A DNA stretch of 64,000 nucleotides from Vicugna vicugna (Eukaryota), in assembly GCA_013265495.1 (NCBI GenBank), contig MU062288.1, positions 744,001 to 808,000 of the forward strand, written 5' to 3'. Position numbers and translations under genes: made by a program. Of the stretch, positions 1 through 11,095 are shown in pieces (the stretch's first letter is position 1; each line of letters opens with the position of its first letter). The notes beneath the pieces are model-generated. The model saw nothing but the letters and a program-made list of their open reading frames with translations, did no database searches and was not told where the DNA came from.

Positions 1-175
1 GCCCTAGACACCCCACTTTTTGACCCTAATAAAGGCAGAGCCCCAAGTCTGCACTGTCTCTACCCATGACCTGTGCGGGTTCTCAGCATGCCCTAGAGTA
101 AATCTTGTTGCTCAAAGCCCCCTTATGGTTTCTTGCTGATAATGAAAGCCCCAAGAGCCCACTCAGTCATAAATA
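1..175 (+). mobile_element. 3' part of an ERV-type LTR (probable)
   Basis: AATAAA at 28-33 followed by an R/U5-like segment; composition typical of an LTR end; family not identified. Confidence 0.35.
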
Positions 176-299
176 GTGTCCCCAGTGGGATAAATGTCTG
201 TGGAGCTCCCTGTGAGCGATGTGTACGGCGTGAGCACCATGCCTTCCTCACCAAGGGCACTGCCGTCAGTAGGCTTGGGGCAGATGGAAGAGTAAGTCT

Positions 300-1130
300 T
301 TTAACAAATGGTGATGGGACAATTGGATGTCCATATGGAGTAAAACAAATCTTGCTGCATACCTCACACCGTGCAAAACTTAACCCACGGTGGATTAGAG
401 AACTACCTGTAAAAGTTAAAACTATAAAACTTCTAGAAGAGTCATAGGAGACTATCTCATGACCTGAGGGTAGACGAATACGTATCAGACAGAACCCAGA
501 CATTATGACGTACCAAAGAAAAATGGATCCATTGTATTTCATCAAAATTTAAAGTTTCTCATTAAAAACATGGTTAAGAATATAAAGGGGCAAGCCACAG
601 GCCAGGAGAAACTGTTTGTAACACTCATAGCTGAAAAAAGAACCAGTATCTGGAATATGTAAAGAAACCCTCCAATTCAATAATTAAAAGGCAGTGTAAT
701 TAAGTCATGAGCAGAGCAACGTGAAGAGACACTTCACAAAGGCATCTGTGTGAACAGCCAGCGAGCATATGAAGAATGCCCACTATGTTGTCATTGGGAA
801 GATGCAAATTAATGTCACAAAGAGCTATTTCTATACACCCACTAAAATGGCTAAAACTGAAAATACTGGGCAATTAGAATTTGCATGTATTGTTGGCAGG
901 TGTGTAAGATGGTACAAACGCTTTGGAAAAAAAGGTTAAGCAGTTTCTTGTAATGTTTTTACCCTGTTACCCAACAACTCTGCCCCTAAGTATTTACTCG
1001 AGAGAAATGAAAACATACGCCCACGCAAAGACTTGTAAACGAGAGTTTATAGAAGCTTTAGTCTTAACAGCTCCAAACTGGAAACAACCCAAATGGCCGT
1101 CAGCTGATGAGCGAATAAACCTCAGAAACA
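300..1130 (+). mobile_element. Old L1 fragment (ORF2 C-terminal region, decayed)
   Basis: Translates to LNPRWIRELPVKVKTIKLLEE and LTAPNWKQPKWPSADE, matching L1 ORF2p 'INSRWIKDLNVK..TIKLLEE' and 'IAKxWKQPKCPS.DEW'; frameshifts and stops present. Confidence 0.85.
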
Positions 1131-1980
1131 TTAAAAGGTTAACGTGTTCAGTTAAACAAAGGACCCTTTCAAGAGACAAGGTGTGCTTCAGTCAAACCAG
1201 AGGGCCTCCGGGAAGCTTGAGGGCGACGTCCTTCAGTGCTCTCGCAGCTGCCTGAGACAGCAAAATGATGATCCTGAAAACATGGCTTTTAGTAAATGGA
1301 ATGAAATCCAGTAAAATTTACTGAAGGTCCACAGATTTCTTAAGAAAATTGTTTCAGTCAAGACTTTGCCATCATGGGCTAAGAGGGACAATGAGATGAG
1401 ACTGTTGGACTCCCCAGATTCCCGGGCAGGAAGCAGGCTAATAAGGCTACTCAACTGCAGGCAGGAGCCGCCTTTCGTGAAAAAGGAAGGATGGTTCAGA
1501 AAGTGCAACCAAGAGCCCAGAAGGCGGATCCGTGAGCCGGGGAGAATTATTCCCAGGCCTGAAAATCCAATCAAGAAATTTCCATTGGCTCAGCTGGATT
1601 TTGGAACTGCCTTGAAGGGATGGGTGGGTTTCTTTTTTTTACCTTCCATTTCCCCATTTTTTGAACCATAATATCTGCGTCTGTTATCCTAGGCCTGTCC
1701 CATCATCGCATGTTGGGAGCAAATGATTTGTGTCATTAATTCCACATAACCACAGACGGCAAGAAACAGCGCCCTGGCAGCTACGCTCGGTGACTACGTC
1801 TGCAAGCTTCATTCCCACCCGGCTCTGATTTAGATTTGGGATTTGAGCCGGTGAAATTCAGATGAGGTTTTGGGCTCCGAACTGGTGTTGTAGTGGGATG
1901 AGACTCTTGGGAATTTTGTAGGGTGTGGATATATTTTGCACTTGGGAGGGCCATGAGTGATGGAGAACCGGAGGGTGGAC

Positions 1981-2574
1981 CGTGGCTGGCGGAATTCTGA
2001 CGCGGTCCTCAAGATTTCCACCCCGTGTTGTACGCACCTTGTGTAACTGCCTCTCCTAGACTGCGGGCTTGCGCTCTGAATATGTGCAGACATGCTCCCA
2101 TGACTGGGCTGCAGATCAGCTCACTCTGAGCTCAGCAAAAGGGGGATAGCCTAAGCAAGTCTCATCTAATCAGGGAGAGGCCCTCACAGAGGAGCTGTGC
2201 GCCCGCAGCCTGGGAGGGGGAAAAGAGAAAGCAAAACTAATGGCCATGCCGTGAGCCCCCTAGGGGGGCCGCATGACAAGGAACTGTTGTGGCCTCCTCC
2301 GGGAGCTAGGAGCGGCCCCTGGTAACAGTCATACAACCACGAGGAAAGGGGTTTTCCCAGCAACCAGGGAGCTGAGTGGAGCACGCTGAAGCCCGGATGA
2401 GAGCAGCAGCCCAGGCCCACCCCTTCATTTCACCTGGTGGGATGCCCGGCAGAGAGCCCAGTTAAGCCCTACCCCAACTGCTGACCCAGGGACACCGTGT
2501 GACCATGCATTTGTGTTGTTCTAAGCTGTTAAGTTTTATGGCAATTTGTTATGCAGCAGAGAAAACTACTGTAC
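1981..2574 (+). mobile_element. MaLR LTR, MLT1E/F-like
   Basis: Starts 'cgtggctggcggaattctgacgcggtcctcaagatttccacccc' and ends 'ttgttatgcagcagagaaaact', as in MLT1 termini. Confidence 0.75.
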
Positions 2575-3649
2575 TTTTCCTAAAGAGGTAGTCTTTAAAA
2601 AAGATTGCGGGCTTGCGCTCTGAATATGTGCAGACATGCTCCCAGGACTGGACTGCAGATCAGTTCACTCTGAGCTCAGCAAACGGAAACATCTCCCTCT
2701 TCTTCCCTGAAATCACACAAAATACGCAACTGCGGCTCAGACAGAGACGGATGAGCGATTCCCCGGTGTCAGCTGCCGCTAAGAATGCTGACCATACAAA
2801 GGAGATACGCATAGAAGCCTTTTACCGAATTTTGAAATTCTAACATTTTAAGATAAACAGATGGATGAATGGACAGACCAGGGAGGCACAAAGGTCTGCC
2901 AACAGCTCTGCCCCGGATTGAACGGAAGCGCAGCCGCCTGCAGCGTGTGTGCGGTTGTTCTGTGCTCCAGGCTTCCCGGATCCTCTGCCTCATTCTTTTC
3001 AGATGTTCCCTCCGAAGTGATGCATTCTTTGACAACAGTCAGAGAATGGAAAAGGTGAAGTAATAATATTTAAAAAGTGTCACCCTTGTGGCAATCCCAT
3101 TTTCCATGATATGTCTGTATTCTGAATATCCTTTGGACCAAAACATCATCATTCTAATGCCTGGCTTCACCCACAGGGGCTTATAACGGCTTTATGATGC
3201 TTTGACTAAGAGATGACTTGAGACACCATTTGATTTTAATTGATCATTTGATTGAAGGCATAGAAGTTTGGGGGCCCCAAGGGAACTCATCATATTAAGA
3301 TCCCAGATAGATGAGTGGTCTGTCTTTCTCTGATAACATAAGAGAAGGGGAGAAGGCCAAGAAGAGCTTGAGAAGTTGCCCCAAGTGCCTCGTCATACAG
3401 ATCATTTTTAGGAGATTGGATACACGGAAGTCAGGCATCTGGAAATCGCACGTTCAAATAGTCCCAAATAAAAAATCTAATGTGACTTCTTAAAGTATGG
3501 GCCAGGGCAAAGCAGGTCTTCTCTAGTTCTCTTGACTTGACAGAGACATTTTAAAAAACAATGACTGGAAATTACTATGAGAAAACTTGATTCAAAACAA
3601 CCAAGGTCTTTTAGTTTCATTTTAGCTACACATCAGAAAGCCACGTGGG

Positions 3650-3651
<2 letters not shown>

Positions 3652-3693
<42 letters not shown>
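3652..3693. repeat. (GT)21 microsatellite
   Basis: Perfect dinucleotide run read directly. Confidence 0.98.
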
Positions 3694-3695
<2 letters not shown>

Positions 3696-5269
3696 CCTTT
3701 AGTGTGTCTCTGTAGCAAGTATTCTGAAAAATTCTCAACTTAAACTGAACAGATAACACAACTTTGAATATTTTTGTGTTAGTCAAGTCTTCTGTGGTGG
3801 CTCCACTGGTACAACCAAGGAACAGATCAAACTCAGGGATGGTGCTCAGTCAAAATATCCCATTGCCCCACAGTAAAAATCTGAGCTTTATGACTCAAAA
3901 TAGCACCACCCAAAAAAGACAAATGATTCCAAGGCGATGACCTCTTTTGTGATAAGGTCTTTAAAAGTAACAATTAACACACACATCCACATCATTTTGT
4001 TCTTTGACTTACAGTGTGATTAAGGCAAGTTTTGGTGAATGTCAGCAGGAAGGCGATATATTTTCAGGACCCAAAGTGAAGTTACACATCTACTCTTTGT
4101 GGTTGGTGCTATGGATGGAAAGAAGAGTTTGCAGAGTTTCACCGCACCAAAAGGCTGTGTGCAATTCATTAACCTTCGGGAAACTGACATTTATTACATT
4201 CAGAGACAGAGAAAATCAAAACTTTATCCATCTTTGGGGCATCCAAGGGAATGAAGACGGGTCAACGATATTTGCTTGATTCTGGCATAACATTTCAGCT
4301 CTTTGATAGAAGTAGCGTCGCTGACGGGGAAATGCAGGGCAGAATACCCTCTCTGCATCATTGTAACTCTCCCCCCAGCTTTGCTTGCACGAAATGACCC
4401 ACTTTCCAGTGAGCAACTGGCAAGTCTGTTTAGTTTAGAAAGAGTCATGACCAGAAATTATTAGAGCAGATTTCAAAAGTCAAGTTGGGGAATGGAAACT
4501 AGCCCTAAATTTGGAAGACGTTTATCAGTCATGGTTTTATTGAATTCCATTCAAATCTGTAAGTAGCTGTTACACACCAGTGTGTACTTAGCACCAGTAA
4601 TAACAAATTATAGTGATAATAGTATCTGTCATTTTTGACTGTTCTGCACCAAGGACTGTTAACAACATGATTTTATGCAATACTTACAGTAATCCTTTGA
4701 GACCATTTTTTTGTATCCTCATTTTTCATACAGAAAAAATAGTAGGAGAATTGGCTTATTACAAGGCATCGAGGTGTATATACTTGCTGAAATCAAAAGA
4801 ATTTGCATCATAGCAGTATCATCTTCACATCAAAAACAATTTGGTTTCAATAAAAGACAAGTTTAATCCGTCATTTATATTAATGTTGCTATTTTTATCA
4901 GTTTTACCTTTTGCTTATTTTTAAGTTCTAAGTTGCACATTTAAGAATCATTAACAGCAGGGTTTTATACCCCACTTATATTTACATAGGTTTTAAAAAA
5001 AACCTAAAGTCAACAATATATAATGTATCACGTTTTCTTTTAAGGCATCTTCATTTTCTCGAGTTTGTGAAACACTGGAGTACATTTGATAGACGTAAGA
5101 AGATTTAAAAAAAAAAGGGGAGACTGATAATGTCCATCCTGGAGGGAAGAAAACTGAAGGTAAAGAATTAAACACATCAAAAATAATCTTAAATTATTTC
5201 AAAGATTCTTTCCCAAAAGAGCCAATGTAGTTTTCTTCATAGTCCTAAGTGCTAGGGCTGTAATTAACG

Positions 5270-5462
5270 GGTGGAAACTACACAAACAAAAAATCAAAGT
5301 TGTGGCAAGAAGGAATGCGCTACCTTGTGTGGAAATTGATTTCCTTTCATTGGGGACATTTCAACAAAGAATTCTATGATGAGTTTGGGTCTTGAGTGTG
5401 GATGGGATGGGTAGACCAGAAGACTTTTAATGTCCTTTCCTGTTTTGAGATTCTTTGATTCT
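5270..5462 (+). mobile_element. L3/CR1 3' end fragment
   Basis: Ends 'ttttaatgtcctttcctgttttgagattctttgattc', resembling the CR1/L3 terminal 'taaggtcccttccaactctgagattctatgattc'. Confidence 0.55.
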
Positions 5463-6549
5463 TAAGGAAGGAGCACTGAAACTAGGAGGACAGAAGAGAG
5501 ACTTCCCCGAGTCACCGTTGCACCAGGACTAGGTCTGTCTGTGATGACACCTAAAAAAATAAGCAACATCTCAAAGACGCTGAGGCACCAGCCAGGAGGG
5601 GAAAAAAAGCAAGTAGTTGTTATCCCCAAGAAAGCTTTTAAAACTGAAATGGAAGAAAGGAAGAGAGGATTCAAGTTGATAATGTGCCAGTCGATGAACA
5701 GGTAGCACACGCCTCTTCTTGATGGTGCGATGTGCTCTCTCCAGTTACGTCCTCCATACGTCTCCACCTTTTGATTGAGGACCTAGCTCCCCAGACTTCC
5801 CTTCCAGGCCCCACTCCTAAGAAGAGGATAACATTGGCTCATTCCTCACTGCAGAGAAGTCCTGATAGGAGAAAAAAAGTCTTTATTGACAGGCAGATTG
5901 TAGACGAAGGGACAGGAAACACAACACTGCTATTTTAAGAAAACTGGCAGAAATGAGAATCTCAGAGAAGTGAGTGGGCACAAGGCACTACGGCTGACAG
6001 AGAACTGGATGAGTCTGGTGATGGTGGAAGTGTTCACATCCATTTCAGAGTCCGACACCCAAGGCTTGAAGAAAGGTCAACAGGAGTTACAGTAGATAAA
6101 CAGAGACCTGTGGAGTCTCTTCCTCCTTCTCTGTGGTACAAAATTTGGTTTGCAGTTTAGATTTTTTGTAAAATGTAGATAAATGAGAAAACATGCTCAA
6201 AATTATTTTCCATTTCCATACCAAACACAGGTAACATTTCTATAAAGCTGTACGGACTCAACATACCCAACTGGACCTCTAGTATAAAATAAATAAAATA
6301 GCCCGCATCTTATTTTTCTCTGGTTTGTAGATTGTCAAACAAAAATGAGTCAAATATCCCCAAGCTGTGCCTGGGTGATCAGGGAGCCCCTCACCTAATG
6401 GTTCCACGTTCTTCTGACCCGGCGTGTCCTCTGTCTCACCCAGCTTAGTACTGCGGTCCACCTCGCCCTCTCACGGTCTCAACCCTCCAATTCTGCCTAC
6501 TTTCTCTTTTTCTACAATCACCATTGGAAAACGTCACTAGTACACCGCT

Positions 6550-6800
6550 TTGTTTTACTATTTATTATGTCTTTTCCTGTTAGAATGAGGACTCCCTGAG
6601 GGTAGGGATCCCTTCCATTTTTTACTAATATATCCCACATCCCAAACAGGGCTTGCAATCCATCTTTGTTAACTAAATAAATGCCCATCTCCTATTTCTT
6701 ACCTGTTTTGTTTTCCTACTACGTTGTAAATTCCCTGAAGACAGGACTCATCTCTAATTTGCAGTGACATCCCAGCACACGAGTGCTTAGCGTGGCTGAG
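6550..6800 (+). mobile_element. Two tandem L2 3'-end fragments
   Basis: 'gactccctgagggtagggatcc' and 'gtaaattccctgaagacaggactc' match the L2 3' motif 'gctccttgagggcagggac'. Confidence 0.6.
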
Positions 6801-6929
6801 TGAGCTGAGAAAGCAGGAGAGAGCAGCCCCTGACATCAGAAGCTGGCCGGGCACTTCTGAGCATCTAGACCGCGTTGTTGTCCTACCAAACATACGCCAT
6901 CTCACAGCCTCAAATGAACCTCAAACAAG

Positions 6930-7250
6930 GCTGTGCTGAGACTGTGATAAAATCAGATGAAGCAACCATGAATTTTGCCTAAGCACAGACAAAACCAGCT
7001 CACGTATGCCTCTTAGAGGAACCACACAGCAACCCCCCATCTCTTGGCCAAAATGAGTGACTACGACTTCTTTACCAGTTACAGCTTTAAGCTCATTTTC
7101 CTCTCTCTTCCCTGTCATGGATTTACTGAGATGATCATAGACATTATTCAATCTAGAGAAAACCTGTGCTTCCTTAGACCCTCCCCCAACTCATCCTAAT
7201 CTTATAATTTGTCCTTTGTTAATAGCCTTCTTACTGGAACACCCCATTTT
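6930..7250 (+). mobile_element. Possible ERV1-class LTR fragment
   Basis: LTR-like composition ('tgactacgacttctttaccagttacagcttt...ctagaccctccccc'); family uncertain. Confidence 0.35.
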
Positions 7251-8149
7251 CCCACATGATGGGCGTCCTCACTTGAGGCAGTAATTAGAAAGCCCAGCTT
7301 AGGTAACTGCTGGGTGTTTTTGGTAGCCTCAAGCTAAACAGCATTGACGAAGAAATGAATTACTTAGTTGATGCAAACATTTCAAGAACTACCTGCCTAG
7401 GGTTTCCTTAATATCTTGAACTTTGCAACTTCCCAGGTCCATTAGAAGGAAGAGTTTCGCCTCCCTGCTTCTCCAGGAAAAAAGGCATTCTCCCATCTCC
7501 GGGAAAGCCTCAGGGGACTTATTTCAATGGGATTTACTCATCTAAAAGTAAACCCATAAATCAAGAATGAAGAATATGAAAGCCCTGATGGATCACTTTT
7601 AAATCATCATTTTAAATTATAAAATCAAGTATAGCATACGTATGTTGTGCGTTTCTTCACAGCAACAATGTCATCACTCATAAAATCAACAAATTCAAAT
7701 TATATCTCTTGATCTGTAGCCAGTTACTTTTTCAAGGTGTCAGTAGGCTTCAGCAGTTCTTCAAAGCACCGAGGAATAAGTACTGCTATAAAACCTGCGT
7801 ATAAACCCAGAGAAATTACAGTGAAGGGAGGAAGGGAAGGAGCAGGGATTGGGAATTCATTCTTGATGAACATGGCATCCAAGTTGACTGCCTGGACAGT
7901 AGTTGAGGGTGATGAAAACGGGTTTAGTTCAGTCTGTTGCAGTAAGGAAGCGAGTCCAGCATAAACCGATGTCATCCTCCACGTGAGCAGAGGTGACTGG
8001 GCACTCGAAAGGAGGACGTGGGAGTAGGGCAGGGGATGATGGGGGCTGGAGCAGCATCCGGGAAGTGGAAGTTTACAAAAAGAGGGAAGGCGGCTGGTTG
8101 ATGTGATTAGGCCAGCTGGGTTTGTTATCCAAGTGAGGCTCCTGTCCTC

Positions 8150-8790
8150 CCACGGAGACTGGGAGACCAGAGGCCCACCTTTCAGATGCTAATTAGAGCA
8201 AATGGTAAATTCTTTTGGCAGCTTTGCATTTTCCCAAATAGGAACTTAAGAACGGTTTGAGTCGGTTAGAGTCGTTTTAGGGACCTTGAGCTGTGGGAAA
8301 GTATGTTGGTGTTTGTTCAAGTCTCTGGGTGCAGGGGTTTGGACGAAATCCTTCGTGCTGAGGGTCTGCAGTCCTTCCTGGCCATTAGTTGAGAAGAGAG
8401 CTCAGAGGAGCCTGAGTTTGGTCAAGAAGAGGGCCTTTGTCAAGGGTAAGTTTGATGGAGCCAGTGTTCCCCATTGTCCTCACACCACTTATATATTTGG
8501 CTTCTGCCGACATGGTGGCTAGATTCCCGGTGCGGTAGGCTTTGTAACTGTCTCCACGACTTCCACACGACCCTGCTATGTGTGTAGCACATGCACAGTG
8601 TGAGTGTGTCTGACTCCTTTCTCAGCTTACGGGGGCAGTGATGATGGGGCAGTTGATGGGCCTGAGCCAGTCGGGATAGTCCCTTCTCTCTTGGTTCAAG
8701 CACCCCAAGTCTTAGCCGGTGGGCACACAGGGATCTACAAGTGTTGACCAATTGGTGAGATGCTGGACAGCGGTGAGAGGTCACCACTCT
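8150..8790 (-). mobile_element. Possible ERV1 internal leader/gag-proximal fragment
   Basis: Reverse complement resembles ERV1 leader sequence ('cccgactggctcaggccc', 'tttgggaaaatgcaaagctgcc'); no intact ORF. Confidence 0.35.
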
Positions 8791-8829
8791 CTGTTCAGGA
8801 GTCACGGGGCTCAGCTATCATTGTGACCG

Positions 8830-9040
8830 TCTCCCTCCAGTGAGAGAAACCAGGCTGAGGATGAACTGATCTACGAAAGAGGACAAAGTGCAGAGAAACA
8901 TCTGGGACTAGAACCAGACCTCTGATCGTACAGTGAGGCCTGCTCTGCCTCCAGCCAATAAATCTCCCTTTTTGTTTAAGATACTTAGGGCTTTTGCTTT
9001 TTCTATTACTTTCAACTAAAACACCCAAACTGAAAAGTAC
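8830..9040 (+). mobile_element. MLT1J/K-like LTR 3' portion
   Basis: 'agccaataaatctccctttttgtttaag...tactttcaactaaaac' matches the old MLT1 3' end. Confidence 0.6.
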
Positions 9041-10090
9041 ATTTGAATATGACCTTTGGGGTAGGGGGAAATGTGGTACAAACGCAGTCAGAGGACAGAC
9101 TGTTCATTTGTTTTCATAGGAGCTACAGCTAGAAATAATACAGAACTGTTTTTGCAGTTTAATGGTTTGGTGTTTCATACATAAGAAAAAGGACATTTCC
9201 AAGCCTATGAGTCCATGGGGAGAGACAGTGGGTAAGTGGAGGCATAGGTGTGGTAACAGACCTCATCTTTGTACTCAGAGCATTTGCTCGCCGGGCACCT
9301 TTTGTTGTGCCCTGGCGCCAATCATTGGTTGCTCCTAAGTATGTGTTAAAATACAGTTAGTTAGTGAATGATGACCCCTTTTAAATTCATACACCATAAT
9401 GATGTCAATTTATTTGAATAGTTGACTTAAAAAGCCGTCGTATTGAACCAGGCATAAGCGCATTAACACGCAAGTGCCTTTTCTACCCCAGCGTTCTCCA
9501 TGCCGTCATCCATTATCTCCTCATCCAACAGCAAAGGTCCCCCGGAAACGCCCCGGTTAGACATCGTTACTAAGCATTTTGCCGTCACTTGCTTGGTGAA
9601 GGTGACTAATTATACACCCTGCAGCTATGAGTCAAGGTCTTGGTGAAACACGTGAAATGAGGTGTACGAACCCCTCTGTGCATTGCTCTAAGTGAAAGCA
9701 AGCTCGTCGCTGCTGGCAGACCAGGGGGGCGGTCGGCGCCAGCCTCCCTCTTTCCCTCCTGGCCCCGCGCGCCTGGAGGAGGACGGACGACGCACGCATT
9801 GCCCTTGGGGACGCACTCACTGCGACAGCGGTGGGCCCGCTTTCGGCCTTAGAGCAGGGAGCGCTTGGGCAGGGCTTCCCCTGGTGTAGACCAGAAGACG
9901 CACAAGAAGAAACTGTCAGCAAACATACTTCCCCACGGTCGATAACGGTCCGTGTCTACAAGGATTAGAAAGGAGCCTCAGTGCTTTAAAAGGTGGGCTC
10001 TGAGGATGTCACGAGGGTTCGGATCCTGGCCCTGCTCCTTCTTAGTCATATAACCTTAAGGAAATTGTGTGATTCTTTTAAGAAATACTT

Positions 10091-11095
10091 TTTTAAATGA
10101 TTGCGGTATAGCTGCTTTACAACATTATATTAGTTTTGGGTATGCATCATAGTGATTCAATATTTTTATAGAGTATACTCCATTTAAAGTTATTATAAAA
10201 TAATGGCCACGTTTCCCCATGCTGCACAATATACCCTTGTTGCTTGTCTGTTTTATACGTAGTAGTTTTTGTCTTTTAATCCCCTCCCCCATCTCGCCCC
10301 TCCCCCCGCCTTCTGCTCACTGATAATTTGTTCTCTATGCCTGTGAGTCTGTTTCTGTTTTGTAAAATACATTCATTTGTTTTATTCTTTCGATTTCACG
10401 TATAAGTGATAACATCAAGTGTTTGTCTTTCTCTGTTTGACTTTTTCCACTAAGCATAGCACTCTCTAGGTCCATCCACGTTGTTCCGAGTGCAGAATTT
10501 CATTCTTTATAATGGCTGCGAAATATGACATTGTATCACTGCTTCTTTATCCATTTATCTGCAGCAAAGGAAACTACTGACAAAACACAAAGGCAGCCAA
10601 CTGAACGGGAGAAAATATTTACAAACTATATGACTGATCAGGGGTTAATATCTGAAATTTATAAATAGCTCATACAACGCAATATCACAAAAAAGCAAAG
10701 AACCCAAGTAAAAAATGGACAGAAGACCTGAATAGACAATTTTTTCCAAAGAAGATGTGCAGATGGCCAACATGGAAAAATGCTCAACAGCCCTAATCAT
10801 CGAGAAATGCAAATCAAAATTGCCATGAGATATCACCTCACACCTGCCAGACTGGCTATTATCAAAANNNNNNNNNNNNNNNNNNNNNNNNNNNNNNNNN
10901 NNNNNNNNNNNNNNNNNNNNNNNNNNNNNNNNNNNNNNNNNNNNNNNNNNNNNNNNNNNNNNNNNNNNNNNNNNNNNNNNNNNNNNNNNNNNNNNNNNNN
11001 NNNNNNNNNNNNNNGCAGTTCCACTGCTGGGGATGTATCTGAAGAAAACAAAAACACTGATTCAGAAAGATACTTGCACCCCAGTGCTCATGGCA
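10091..11095 (-). mobile_element. 5'-inverted L1: 3' end on minus strand (10091-10560), inverted ORF2 segment on plus strand (10561-11095)
   Basis: Minus segment is the L1 ORF2 end plus 3'UTR; plus segment encodes L1 ORF2 'REMQIKIAMRYHLTPARLAIIK'; orientation flips at 10560/10561. Confidence 0.85.

Noticed and set aside
4012-4450. ORF with faint kelch-like 'LFVVGAMDG' and a minus-strand donor at 4012
   Set aside because: Similarity limited to a few residues; no supporting splice structure on +; the minus-strand exon candidate is closed in all frames.
5540-6110. Protein-like short frames (TPKK, SPDRRKK) suggesting a processed pseudogene
   Set aside because: No parent gene recognised, no poly(A) tail or TSD, frames do not join.
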